A DNA stretch of 55,471 bases, filler included, from Sluysia triapertura (taxonomy: Eukaryota): assembly GCA_046118255.1 (NCBI GenBank). It is 4 parts of 4 records of this genome, joined end to end, with 100 filler letters (N's around TTAATTAATTAA, not from the genome) between each part and the next. Parts side by side here need not be neighbours in the genome. Positions count along the whole stretch, not along the records: positions 31,624 to 44,110 come from JBJNIA010104543.1; positions 44,211 to 55,471 come from JBJNIA010186647.1; 2 more parts are not named here. The stretch is one strand, 5' to 3'. The position numbers and the translations under genes are program-made. Below the pieces are notes generated by a model. The model was not told the DNA's origin and made no database searches. It saw only the letters and a program-made list of their open reading frames with translations. Of this stretch, positions 37,040 through 50,664 are shown piece after piece. Numbering within the stretch: position 1 is the first letter of the stretch; each line of letters opens with the position of its first letter.

Positions 37040-37545
37040 ATGTCCAAGAAATCCCGTTTGAACAATCCAAATCATTTCTGCTATATGTTTTGTGAATACA
37101 TTTTTTTCAGAGCAAGCAAAACTCATTATTTCAAAATACCTCCAGGTACCCAAGATAAAATTTTTTCCTACAATGTCAATGTGAAGTGCTTAGAGACAAA
37201 TATTTTTTTACCCTTATGCATAATTTACAATAAGGATTTACACCACGCACAGAAAGTTGCAGTATTGAATGAACAGAAAAGAAGAGGAACAAAAATTTCA
37301 CAAGAACACTTATACTTCTTTCACAAACTAACTCATCAAATTATAAATCAATAAAATCGGTGATCTTGCTTCCACTGGATGTTTTCAAAAATATAACTCA
37401 AAGGGTTGGTCGTATTACTGCAATGCACCAGATAAGGTTATGACATTTCTGCATTGTACTGCTTTGTATTGCATTGGAGTATTATTTCCAAGGCTTCATA
37501 TAAAAAAGAATAATTAGCGTAGTATTAAAGCATTACTTTTACAAG
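37040..37545 (+). mobile_element. DNA transposase remnant of the 'NxPDxFCYICG...LGDQDK' family (tentatively Chapaev3-like)
   Basis: MSKKSRLNNPNHFCYMFCEY...HYFKIPPGTQDK...KC, then GTKIS, YYCN and SIKALLL. Heavily deleted; the superfamily assignment is from memory. Confidence 0.6.
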
Positions 37546-38367
37546 TTACTTTGAAATACCCAACATTTCTTAATGATTATAAAGTATGATAAAAATATGC
37601 ATGTTCATTATATATATTATGTTACATTATGGATCACTGAGCTTTGGAAACTAGAAAAAATTTAAGATAAGCCATTCACAGTATTTAATAAGTGCAAAAG
37701 TAAAGATTCCTATGACCTATTATTGATAAATAATATTTATTTAGTTATTTCAAACTCAAATTTGTATCGAAATGATATCATTTATGTCACACATACACTC
37801 GATTTATCATTATTGTATTGTGTTGTAATAAACATTTGTGATGTAATTTGATTAGTGTGATAATTAGATTATTGAATGTTAATTGGATAAATTTGTGTGA
37901 TAAAATCATTTTTTAAAACAAGTTAATAATACGAAATGATTATTTAAATTATGATTATATTTTTTATTTACTTTATTTGAATAATAATTTTGATTTGAAA
38001 TTACTTATTTGTTTTATTTTTTATTGTTTTATTTATTTATTGATTTTATTAATTAAATTTTCTTTTATAGCAATATTTTTATAAATATTAAAATAATCAA
38101 AATAAAAGTTTCAAACGAAAGCCACTAAATATATTAAAATTTCTACCTTATCTATGACATGATATTTGTTTTTATTGATAAAATGAGTTTTAAGACATGT
38201 TGAAAATAAATAATAAGTACTTCATAAAGAACACACTTTAATTATTAAATTTTATATGGTTTTGATAAGTTGTTTCGTGAAATTGAAGAGATCTCAATGT
38301 TTTTTAACGAAGTTTCTTATTCTTATTAAAAGCATTAATTGTGCAATATTAATACTACTACTACTAC

Positions 38368-38431
<64 letters not shown>

Positions 38432-39331
38432 GTAGTAAACAATGAAACGTAATAAAATTTAACATTATTTATTTAATAAATATAAAATTATTTATAATTT
38501 TCTATTTTAGTTGGTTAAAAATAATTATTGATAAATATCAATAAGTAAATTGACTCAAATTGATTTTCCAGATTAACAATTTTAATAACGAATGTTCATG
38601 CTGCAAAATTTTGAACTGTTTTCTATAGTTGAAGTCATTGGTTTTGTAAATAAATATTCATTTAGTTACAAAAAATATACTTTACTTTTTCATAAATTAC
38701 ATTTTGAACATTTATGTGTGATTTTCCTGTTAATTTTGCTCTCAACTACAAACTCATATGACTTAAATTAGTATTTAAATAAGTATTTTTTAAAGAATCG
38801 TGAATCATTACCCAAACATAAGCAATAAATGTAACACAATCTCAGTTAAGATCCAAATAATAAACACAGTGTGGTTTTTAATATTATTTAATCTGGTCTG
38901 GTAAAATAATTACTTCTCATTGATAATTTTAATAGTATATTACTTTTATTGATAAATTTGTTTGCACATTGTTTCTGATAATTTATGAAACGAATAGTTC
39001 TGATAATATGAATATTTAATCGTCTTCATATGATTGGAGTCGAGTTTATTTAAAAGTTAAAAATTTGTATATTTTCCGATAATTTTGTATATTTTTTCAT
39101 GGTCAGCATTTCAGTCTGTAGAATGAATAAAATCTTATTGATAATATAGTTTTTTCAAATAGCAATGAAAATATTTTTAGTCATTTAACGTTTAATAACC
39201 TTTGTTGAACTTTTATAATTGGCTTCTATTTTTAAAAACTTTTGGGACATCATTAATGTAACTTTTGAAACATTTTTTATGTCATATGGTCTTACTGTAG
39301 GAATATGATAATGATTTCATATTTTATTTTA

Positions 39332-39395
<64 letters not shown>

Positions 39396-42189
39396 TTTTT
39401 ATTAAATTTATTTTTATTTTAATTTAATAAAATGTATTTATATTGATGTTTTTATTTGGACATATTTAAGTGTAAGATCTACTGATTACTATTATAAATT
39501 ATATATTATTTGAATTTTTATTTTTCTCTTTATTCTGATTTGCTTATTTGCAAACTGATAGAATTTTATTGACTTATTATGCAACATTTTAAACAATAAG
39601 ATATGTGCCATTTTTTCTTTTTATTTTCAACGCATTATTTTCGAAATAACTTGATTTGTTAATAATATTAAATAATGATTTTGTGTTATTTGCTCATTTC
39701 ATTGTTAATTTATACTGAATGTTAATCTGGTACTAACAAACGAGTTTAGTAACATGTGGGTTTTTTTGTAAATCTTGATACTTATTTAATTTTTTTCAAG
39801 CGAGCTAACATTTTCAGTGAATAAGAATAGACAATTAACCATTATAGAATTTTTGCTGAAATTCGACATTTTTATAAAATATTTTTGCTGACGTAAATCA
39901 CATGAAATTTATCTAAATTGAATGTTATAGTAAATTGTAATTGAGCAAGTAACGATTTTTATTAAACATGATTAGTATAATATAAAACTTATAATAATTT
40001 AAGCTGATTTATTGTACGTTTTATTGATAATTTAGATAGTGTTTTGATCATAATTATATAATTATTAATTGTATATGATTTGTATAGATTGTATACTAAT
40101 TATATACGAATAGAAAAAAAGTATATATTCATTTTATGTAATATTACTTTAGCACAAAATGAATTTATTTTATTTGTTTAAGTGATATTTTCTTTTGCAA
40201 TAATTACAGAGGAAATAAAATAGGATAAGTATATGGAAATGATTCTCCTTATACCAAAATAATATGTAATTGGATAAATGACTATACATAGATTAGAATG
40301 AAAGCTTTCGAAGTTTGTTTTGATTTAGTTATGCATGATTTTCCATTAAGTGAAGAATGGTTTTTCATTTGTTCTATAGACGAATTGAAGGACAATGATT
40401 CAAGTATTCATGGAAGTTTCTAAAAATCTTTCTTCTAACATAGATTTTTGAATTTAAAACACATCTAATGAAAATGCGCCGAATGTAATGATAATTAAAT
40501 TGAAAAAGAAACCTAGATCGATTTGTGGTTTCTGAAATAAATTTTTTAATTATATTTATATTTTTATATTTTCTATTCCGGTGTAAGAATTCATTTTTAA
40601 AATTATGATTTTTTAATTACAAAACAATATGGATAAATTTTATATTAAAATACATGTAATAAATGTAATTTACATTATATTTCTTCGATAGTATTTTTCT
40701 TTATTAAATCGTTTATAAATTTATTTTTGTTAAATTTTAATCTTCATCTATTTAGATGTTTCATTTACATTTTTCATTGTCTTGTATTTTGTATAATCTG
40801 TATTTATTCTGTCTTCCTTGATCGACTTCATTCGCACAATTTCGTCAATGAAAAGTATTAATATTTATAGTTATATTGATCACGCTGTGTTGTAATAATA
40901 ATTATCATTATATTGTATTATATTATCATATTATTTAATAATGTTTTTCTTGTTCTATGCTAAAATATTTTCAGATAATAAAATTGATATTTATTATTTA
41001 TTTGATATTTATTTTAATGCAGTTAATTTTTATGAAGATTTCTATGAAATTGTTTTATATTTATAATCTTTGTTAATCTGTTAACTGTGGTTTATGATCT
41101 TATAACAATAACTAATAGTTGTTCATTCGCGCAGATTTGATTAGTTAGAGAATTTTTTCAAAAATGTTTCCAAGTGCTTCTGAACTTTGAGAGATTTAAT
41201 TTAAATGAGAATTAAAGGTAAAATTTTGTTTTTCCAAAAAAGCTCTCTTTCTTAGATTGGTTCTTATTAAATGTTTTTTACAAATGATAATCCTCATTTA
41301 GCATTATTTCTAATATAATCACGTGTTTGTAAAGGTGATTACTATATTGTGATAAGTGTTATGAAGAAAACCTGTCTAATTAATATAAACTTTTATAATT
41401 CAATGTGTACAAGTATTAAAGAAATTAAGAATTGATTTTATCAAAAGAGAAAATATGTATGTGAGAAATGTATTAACTTTTTAATTTTGTCAAATAATGG
41501 TAATAATTAAAATAATAGCAAATCAAGTAATTAGAACTTTTAAATGATGAAAATATAATAAAATAAATTATTTTCAATTAGAGGGATGCTCATTTGCATG
41601 AAATAATTTATAAATGCGTAAAATAAAATTCCTGATCGTTAATGTTAATGTCGCTAGAATCGAAATAAATTTATGGTTTTACTGTTTAAGCTTTTGTGTT
41701 TGGTGAGCTATGTGAGTCTAGCGGGGGATATTATTAAATTATTCTGTCTTGCGACACTCTTGTTATTCTTGGTAACTATTTTTTTAAAAAAGAAATTATA
41801 TCTTGAAATCATTTTCATTACAAACATTTGTAAGGCGACGAAGTCATGTCCATCAATCAATGATGATTAAATTTGGAATATTCCGTCGCGCAACTAAATT
41901 TTTTGAACTTGAATGTACAATCACTCGAATATACATGTGACGTGTTCCCGAAGCTTTTCCAACGCAGTACGTAATACGTATTCCAATTTCTCCAGCGTGC
42001 TCAGAGTATTCTTGTCTATGAGTATGCTATGCACATATAGCGTCATAGAAGTGACACATGACAAGTGTTAGTGTTTGGATATAAAAATTTAGAACAACAG
42101 TAAATTTAGAGCATTAATATTTAAAACTATTATTTAAAAGTATTATCAGATTTTTTAAAATAATTCTACAACATTCTTACTGATAAAAA

Positions 42190-43965
42190 ATGAAAAGAAG
42201 AAATAAAAATGATACTATTGTGATTAAGAATACGCAATTTGATGCAATTAATGCGATACAAGCTGAAGAAGACAATGAAGATAATTTACTTGATTGTTGG
42301 AGCAAGAAGCAATCATCGTATTTTAAAGTACAATATAAGTGGTTATAAATTTAAAATGGTAAATTGGGATGTCGTGTTTGCTCCGAATATAAAAACTTGG
42401 GAGAACACATTGTCACATATCAAAGAAATGGATAGAAATGAAGGTGGGACCGAATGGAAACACTAAAGACTCAAGATTAGCGTCTTTGCGCAAAAAGTTA
42501 TCTAATCATAACGAATCACTTGCTCATAATAAAATAATAAAAATAACCGAAGAATGTAAGAAATCAATATTACCAAATTTAATTGGTAAAGTAATTGAAA
42601 AAAGAAATTTAGATAACTTCAAAAATTTTTAATTCAGTCTATAATCTGGTGAAGAGAAACCGACCAATGTCTGATTTACCCGATTTAATAAAGCTTCAAA
42701 TTAAAAATGGCATTGATCTTGGATTATCGTTGCATTCCAGATTATTAGAAATTAGAATAGTCGGGCACATTCCAAAACAAATAAAATTAGAAATATTCTC
42801 TAAAATAATAGAAAAAACTGCAAAATTGCTATTGTAGTTGTTGAATCGATAACATTATCAAAAATAAGTGTTTTAGTCGTTTACTTACAAATTGAGCTTA
42901 TTGAACCATGTACCACCGCTAAATGTATACATATGGATTTGCGATAAGCTAATTGAAATATCATCTTAATGCATTTTCTTCTGATGGAACAAGTGTCATG
43001 TTAGGGAACGAATCAGGTGTTGCTATCAAGCTTCTCGAAACATATCCGAACATTGTGATTTGATATTGCGTAACTTATTGTTTACAATTAGCTTTGGACT
43101 ATGTCATAAAAAACATTAAAGAAATAAATCATTTGGAAATATTTATAGATAAATTATATGCCTTTTATCATCAATCGCCTAAAAACCAACGGGGATTAGA
43201 TGAAGAACTTGGTGTCGAAATTTTAAAGATCGGCCATGTATTTGGACCAAGTGAGCAGCATGCAGTTTAAGAGCGACTCTTGCTTTATAGAGGAATTACC
43301 CAGCTTTATGCCGTCATTTTGCAGCGAATAACAGATATAAAGTCTTTTTAAACCGATTTTTAAATTTAGAATTTTTAAAAGATCTAGCATAAATGATCGA
43401 TATCCTTCAGGAATTATCGTACCTGTCAGAAGCTCTACAAAGTCGCAATATAAGCATTGTAAGAGCTAATTCCGTGATAATGTTTACAATCAATGCAATT
43501 AATAATTTACAAAATTCTGCTTGTTGTTATTAATCTAAAATTTGTTCCATGTTAAAATCAAAAGAATTTGAAGGATTAGCAACTGAATGTTAAATGAAAT
43601 TTTATAAATTATGGCGAGAAAAATTACTAAACTCACTCGTGCTGTCTTTAAAGGATATATTAATAAACTTAAAGATGAAAATTATGAAGACTTGGAGAAT
43701 GAGCAATTGAAAAACATTTAATGTACGTTATCCTGAAACATGGAAAATGGAAGAAGTTACGTGTCATAGCCAGAGAATAAGAACTTTGAATTTTATTTTG
43801 AAAAATGAAATTCAAATAAATGCTTTTAGAGATTTAGTAGAAAATTCCAAATCGAAATTCCCAACACCGTGAAAAAAGCCAAGATCATTATGGAAACAAG
43901 CGCAGTTAGCAGCACTGAAGCTGAAAGAGCTTTTAGTTCGATAAATAATATCGTTACAATGAAAA
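42190..43965 (+). mobile_element. Degenerate hAT transposase (KIAA1586/ZNF862-like)
   Basis: Across frames: GKLGCRVC; LASLRKKLSNHNESLAH; VYNLVKRNRPMSDLPDLIKLQIKNGIDLGLSLHSR; IAFSSDGTSVMLGNESGVAIKLLETYPNIVI*YCVTYCLQLAL; DKLYAFYHQSPKNQRGL; NYPALCRHF; C-terminal dimerisation motif AVSSTEAERAFS. Many stops and frameshifts. Confidence 0.9.
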
Positions 43966-44210
43966 GATCTTAAATGGGAATTTAGAAGAATTTTGATTAA
44001 TCTAAAACATCGCAAGACATGAAGAAGAAAGTATTGGGATTAGTGAAGGATAAGGGTTGATATAAGGGTCAAAACTTAGGATAACAGAATAAGTTGAACG
44101 TTATTAAAGANNNNNNNNNNNNNNNNNNNNNNNNNNNNNNNNNNNNNNNNNNNNTTAATTAATTAANNNNNNNNNNNNNNNNNNNNNNNNNNNNNNNNNN
44201 NNNNNNNNNN

Positions 44211-44279
<69 letters not shown>

Positions 44280-45861
44280 TTAATCAAAATTTCTTACGTT
44301 GCAGTAATTTAAAATTAACAATTCATTTTATTAAATTTCCAATGGAACTCTGAATTCACACATTCTCTTTTTCAGTCCAGATGATCTTTTTATTTACAGA
44401 CATTAGTTATCACTTTCATCATTGTTGCTATCATATTCACTATCTGATACATGAACTACTTCTGATGCTTTTCATACATCACAATTTCTCACGATTTTCT
44501 TAATATATTTTTGCCATATTGAGCCCAGTCTTCACTACTAATATATTAGCTGAGTTTTTATCACATTTTATATAATAGAATTAGTATCTCATTTAATATG
44601 AATTTTCACTATCCATTGACAAATATTTTATATTCTATTTTTAAGTTCTTTTGATATTTCATCTAATTTCTATTCTTTACCATATAACCGACAACATCAT
44701 TAAACCAAAGTTTCCATATTCCTCTCACAGGTTCATCTTTATTAAATCTTTATAATAAATGTGTCAACATATCTATAATTAATTTTGAAACGGTTTCTTT
44801 ATGATGGTCTAATCATTGTAACATACATTTTAAGAAGCTTTATGATGATCACAACTAATCCACTTTTTGCATATGGAAAACATGTATCATCATTATAATA
44901 GTCAAAAGTACTTAATATTTTTTTATATTAGATAACATCGCTTTTCTCTAATAACTAATTGTAAATACGCAATTGAAAATGAATTTGATAATCCACAAAA
45001 CATAAAGTTAAAGTAATTAATATTATTTTAAATATATAAATTTTTTAAAAATATATTTCAAAAATATCAAAATAGGAAATTTTCAACGATAAATTTATAT
45101 TTTAATTAATATTTAGCTTAATAAATATTTAAATATTTCAAGTTTAAAAAAATGATATTCACTTAACATTTTATCTGTCCAACTCTAACTACTTATTTAA
45201 ATTACATTGCAAATGCATCATTTACATCAGAAGATCGAAATGATGTAAAATTAATAGTATAAATAATAGTTTACAATTACGATAACACTCCAGGGCTTAA
45301 GAATTAAATGCTTCATCAAACAATTCACTGTTAAAATATTTTAAAGCAAGTTAAGAAACAATTTCATATGTTTGAACGTTATGTACAAATTTCTAAAAAT
45401 ACATAATAAATATTATGAATTTCACAATTAAATTATTTATATTTGAAAAATTGTTAAAATATACTTTGACGTTTTTAAAGCTTTAAATGAAAATGATTTA
45501 ATATTAACTAAATAATCTTATAAATGCTACTATTGTATTAATTTTAATTTGTGTTACATTTATCAATATTTTTATTTTATAAACACATTTAAAATTAATT
45601 TTACAAATTATGGCTTTATCGAATTTTAAAACAGTAGTAGATATGATAAACAATGCGGTATTTAATTAATAAACTAAATTTTAAATTATTCTATAATTAT
45701 TGAATGAATGATTAACTTAATAATAAAATTAAATACTTTTTATGATAAATAAATTTAAAATATATTATAAAAATTATTATTTATTTGGAAATAATCATTT
45801 GAAATGACACATTGTTTTTAATAACTCTTTTGTGTGGTTTAGTGTTGAATAATGAGAATTA

Positions 45862-46044
45862 TCGTGTTTTCCCTAAAATAAGGTCATGTTTTATATTAAA
45901 AAGTGGATATTAGATATTTGAATGTATTATTAAAACAATAAAAAACAAGAATTCATAATAATGGGATGAATTATTGTCAAGGTTTGGCTAATATTAAAAG
46001 TTGAACAAAAACCAGTATGCTACCTTATTTTGTGGTAAACACAG
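45862..46044. mobile_element. Tc2/pogo-type MITE
   Basis: TA|TCGTGTTTTCCCTAAAATAAGGT...ACCTTATTTTGTGGTAAACACAG|TA. TA flanks; the TIR resembles CCGTGTTTCCCCGAAAATAAG. Confidence 0.7.
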
Positions 46045-46436
46045 TAATGATAATGTACTTTATTTTAAGTTACGTTATCTAGGCTACTGTTTTTGCTGAT
46101 TAATATCTTACTTAACATCTTACTTAAAATTAATAATTTTAGGATAATTATAGCAAAGATTGTGTAATTATTATTTAAATTTTATTGTTTTATTGCGTCA
46201 CTGTAATTACTCTCAAAATAATAAAATATAAATTTTAATAAATATTAAATAAAAGAAAATATGTGATTTTTGATTAGCAATGAAAAATAACTATCACATT
46301 TTACTACATGTTTTTAATGCAAAATAATCCGAATTTTGTCAATTTTCTGTTATTTTGTGTCAAGATTTTTATATTAAATAGATTCTGACAAACATATTTA
46401 CAAAGTATAATAATAGTAATAATAATAATAATAATA

Positions 46437-46602
46437 TCATTTCATAAGATCTTGCTCAATCACTATTGCACAATCTGATCGTCCAATAAGACGCATGATA
46501 TTAATTAAATCGAATACGGCGGTGTCTTCACGATTTCGCGCTTCCCACAAGTCAAGTATCAAATCACTGGGATTGGGTTTTTCTCCAAAATAGTTGAGAT
46601 TT
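46437..46602 (-). CDS. UNC5: UNC5 terminal exon (death domain C-terminal part, TGA stop)
   Basis: tttag|A AAT CTC AAC TAT TTT. Translates NLNYFGEKPNPSDLILDLWEARNREDTAVFDLINIMRLIGRSDCAIVIEQDLMK*, matching the UNC5 motif [21 protein letters not shown]. Confidence 0.93.
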
Positions 46603-46826
46603 CTAAACAAATGATAATATTTTAATTAATATATTTTTATACAATTATTGTAGTAATAGATTTACGAAAAAAAGTTTCTACTTAATTTTTATCCAGGTTT
46701 TCATATTTTAATTATTTTAGTTTTGTACTTTAGGCTAAAATTAGGGAGAATATTTTATTATTTTTAAAATATAAATTCCACAAGTATAGCAAGTAAAATT
46801 ATATAATTAAATATAAATAAACAAAC

Positions 46827-46910
46827 CCATTAAGGCCCATATGGGTAGCTAATGTGTGCCAGGATTGGTTTAGAAGAGGCCACAAATTTTGACGAGCCTC
46901 AAGTGATAAT
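46827..46910 (-). CDS. UNC5: UNC5 exon (death domain, N-terminal part)
   Basis: ttcag|A TTA TCA...AAT GG|gtttgt, 84 nt, phase 2/2. (R)LSLEARQNLWPLLNQSWHTLATHMGLNG resembles LPLSIRQKIC...DWRMLAQKLSMDR. Confidence 0.9.
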
Positions 46911-46995
46911 CTGAAATAATTTACTAATTAAATAATATTAAATAATTTAGATTTTTTTGAAACTACTATTTCTAATAAATTTAAAGTTAATGTTA

Positions 46996-47064
<69 letters not shown>

Positions 47065-47961
47065 TTAAGTTAAAATATTATTATCAAAATAAGAGACATG
47101 ATATTTTGATATGCAATAAGGGTGAGTAAGATATTACATTATATTTTAACAATAGTTTACTATGATTTAGAGCTACAAGGAAGACTGGAATTTAATTCCA
47201 AGTCCAATCGATATGAAGAAAAATTAAAACAAATTATTGATCTCAATACAACAAAAATGTTGTAAATTGTCGATGTTTAGTCATTGATTTTGTAATATAA
47301 GCCCAGTTATTTGTTTTTTATTTGTATTTTAAGTTTGTTTGAAAAAAATATATTTTCGTTACAAATTGTAATGGAAAAACTTTATCAGATTCTTATTTTA
47401 TAATTCGAATTAATTTTTAAATTTAAACAGAAACATCAATTATTAATATTTCAACTGTTTCATTTTATTATATTTTACAGTCATATCTCGATCTGTTGCC
47501 ATCTTTTGTCTTTCTTATTTTGTGGCATTAAAAGAAAAATGGGGCAAGAAATAAAGTTTTTAAGAAATTAATAAAATAAATTAATTTAAATACTTAAGTT
47601 ATTTTACTACAAAAACATAATTTAATGTATTAATATTATAAAATTACTAAATTTAAAACTATTATTGTAAGTAATAACAATCATCATAGTTAATTTCTAT
47701 TTTTATTTATATATTTATAGTTATAAAACTAATCAGCCGTTATAAATACAAATACATATTTAGCGTTAAAATAGATCAACTACAATCATTAATCGTGAAT
47801 TGAATGAATTATTTTCTATATTTACAATATATTATAGTTTAATTGTATAATTAATTTTAATTATATTAATTTTAATATTATTTAATTTTAGTTATAAATA
47901 AAGTTGGTATTAAATCGAGTTAAGACTGTAATTGCTTTTAATCTTTAATGCAAAATCATAC

Positions 47962-48356
47962 CTAAAAACGGTTTGCGATGGATCAAAAAATAGTTGCTGT
48001 TGAAATTCGTCAATTAACATTCGCACAGATTCGGTAGCATAATTATTGTTAGCTACCGATTTCTGGTTCATCACCATACGTCTTTGTTGTCGAGAATTAT
48101 TTGCATGAGCTGTTGCCTCTTGCTGTTGCTGATGGATGTGATAATGATGATGCCAGTTATCAAGAGCAACATGTAGTTTGGTTTGATGATACTGATGAGG
48201 ATTTTGGACAGTGGATTTATCAAGCTGTTGTATGGTGATAGAAAATTTGAGCGAGGGAGTATTATGTGAATTAAATGGTGTCATCATTTCAAAAGCTACA
48301 GTAGTTTCTATACTGGAAATGTGATTTAGAATCCAAATGGAAGAAGCGGAAAATTT
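47962..48356 (-). CDS. UNC5: UNC5 exon (UPA C-terminal part + His/Gln-rich linker)
   Basis: ttcag|AAA TTT TCC...GTT TTT AG|gtatga, 395 nt, phase 0 to 2. KFSASSIW aligns with UNC5 EIPFYHIW, and the exon ends at F-R just before the death domain. Confidence 0.85.
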
Positions 48357-49660
48357 CTGAAGAAATAAATATTAATATTATTAAATATTTTTTGAAAATT
48401 AATAGATTATACAACTTATTAAATTATTATTAAATTATTTCTAATAATAAAAAATTTGAGCTGTTTCAATTATCTCAAGTTTTTACTGAAACATTTTGGA
48501 ATTATATTTTAGTTTAAAAAGATAAAATACAACATTTTATTAATTAAATTTTAAAAGAACAAATTATCAAAACAACATCTTGGTACATTTTACAATCAAA
48601 CATAGGTTCACTTCTATCTTATTTATGTGAAAAATATCTGAAATATTGGTGAATAAACAAAAGGATTTATTGGAAACACATTTCACAAAAGCAAATCAAA
48701 TTTCAATACATTTGAGAAATGTAAAAGGCTTCTAGGTTTGATACAAAAGCATGTATCCAAATGTCAAAAGATCCCATCTTGGATTCATATTAATCATTTC
48801 AGTTGTAGTCATAACTATATGTTTAAAATTCAGAAAATAAAGCCAATAAAAACTTTGAATTTATATACTGTTATTTTATTGAAGATTATAAGAAATAGTG
48901 CACAATAAAATTTTAGTCCATCTGTGAGAAATTATTTAGTACTTACAGTGAATAAATCACTTTCAAAACATTTCATTCAAATATATTTAGTTTTATATTA
49001 ATCCTTTTTGTTTAATGTGCTCAAATAAAGAGACATTTTTGATTTAATATTTTCATTAAGATTTATGAAGTTTGAATCCTTTTGCTTTTGTAATTTTTCC
49101 TTTAACAATATTAATTTTAAAATGTTTAGAAAAATTATATATATACATTGTTTCTTAGACATTAACCATCCAAAAATTATTCTCTTAAGTAAACTGTACA
49201 AAGTTTGTACAAAATTTGTACAAAGTTTATTTGATACTGTTAAGCATTTTATCGATTTCAGTTAATAAACTAAATATATTAAATATTGTATGATGACTTT
49301 AGTGATTAATTATAATAATTAATTTTAGAAACAATTATAATTCATTACTAGTAATATTTTTAAAATATTGTTTGTCAAAATTATAAAAACATTAAAACAT
49401 GAACATAGAGAATAATGTGATCTATAGTTATTAAGCTATCGCAAAAATTACTATAATAATAATAATAATAATAATTAAACCAAATTGAACAGAGAATCGA
49501 TAAAGAAATAAAATTTACAATGTCATATTTAATAGTTTTACGTTGATTTAACTTATAATAAATATCGATTTTAAACTATTCAGAAAAGTTTTAATGCACA
49601 ATGATGAAAAATTTAAAAATAATTATATCCGTTAAAAAAGATACATATATAAGTAGGCAT

Positions 49661-49741
<81 letters not shown>

Positions 49742-50240
49742 TTTCCAGTAATAACGACAATGATGATGTTGTTTAGGAAAAGGATTATTGTCATTAGATC
49801 TGGAATTAAATGCTGATTAAGTTAACTAAATTAAGTTTTGTATATCAATTTAATATGCTGCTTTTTAGGAAAATTTAATTTAGCAAGTTTCATTTGAGGA
49901 TTCATAGTAAAAAAAGCTAGTATATATTTTTGATGAAAATATTATATCTGTTGAAATATTTTTATTGATATTTGGAAAATGAGTTTGTTAAAGTATGCAC
50001 AAATTTAATTTTTAATAAAATATCATAAAGAATTTTTTGTTATTGATTTTATGATAGGACATTTTAAAAGATTTTGTTGTTTATCAAGCATTTGTTCATC
50101 TTCCAGTCATTGTCAACTTTTTTTATCTCTCAGAACAAAATTTGTTCATTTAAACAATGATAAATTAGCAAAATAAAATCGAATTATAAATAGCTTTAAA
50201 TATTGTATATTTAATTATGTTTATCAATAGTGAATATTAA

Positions 50241-50664
50241 CTCTTTGCCGTCGCTGGTCCCACTCGTATTTCTGCAAGTTTCTCAGGCTTCAGCAGGTCA
50301 TGTTACATATCGTTTTAGACAATGTTTCTGCTTTTAAAGTGTGTGCACAAAGTTATTTCAATAATATACCACCATTTTGCGAGGAAAATATTGGAATCAA
50401 ATAAAATAAGTGAGAAGATGGTAGATTACTTTAGAACATTCCACACTATATTATACTTTGATAGAGAATAATAAATTAACCAATTTTCACATTTTATGCT
50501 ATTTTATTGAAAATTCATGAAAAAGTATACATTTTTTTATTAATTTTGAAATTAACACTAACGCAAGTGACGCCAGCTTTTTAATGGTTTTTCTCACACA
50601 TATTTCATATAATCTCTCAAATAAATTTATGTTCGCAAAAATGCGCTCACCGGCGATTAGAGGG
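50241..50664. mobile_element. Probable piggyBac-type MITE in UNC5 intron
   Basis: TTAA|CTCTTTGCCGTCGCTGGT...ACCGGCGATTAGAGGG|TTAA: imperfect TIRs, TTAA flanks. Confidence 0.5.

Noticed and set aside
40230-40440. Mariner-like YGNDSP...NWINDY fragment; also Tc1-like traces at ~48570-48790
   Set aside because: Similarity too short and degenerate to support a call.
49591-49816. Poly-Ile ORFs (also 14948-15205 and 22198-22509) and the poly-Asp/Asn ORF 11624-11902
   Set aside because: Translations of (ATA/ATT/GAT)n microsatellites.
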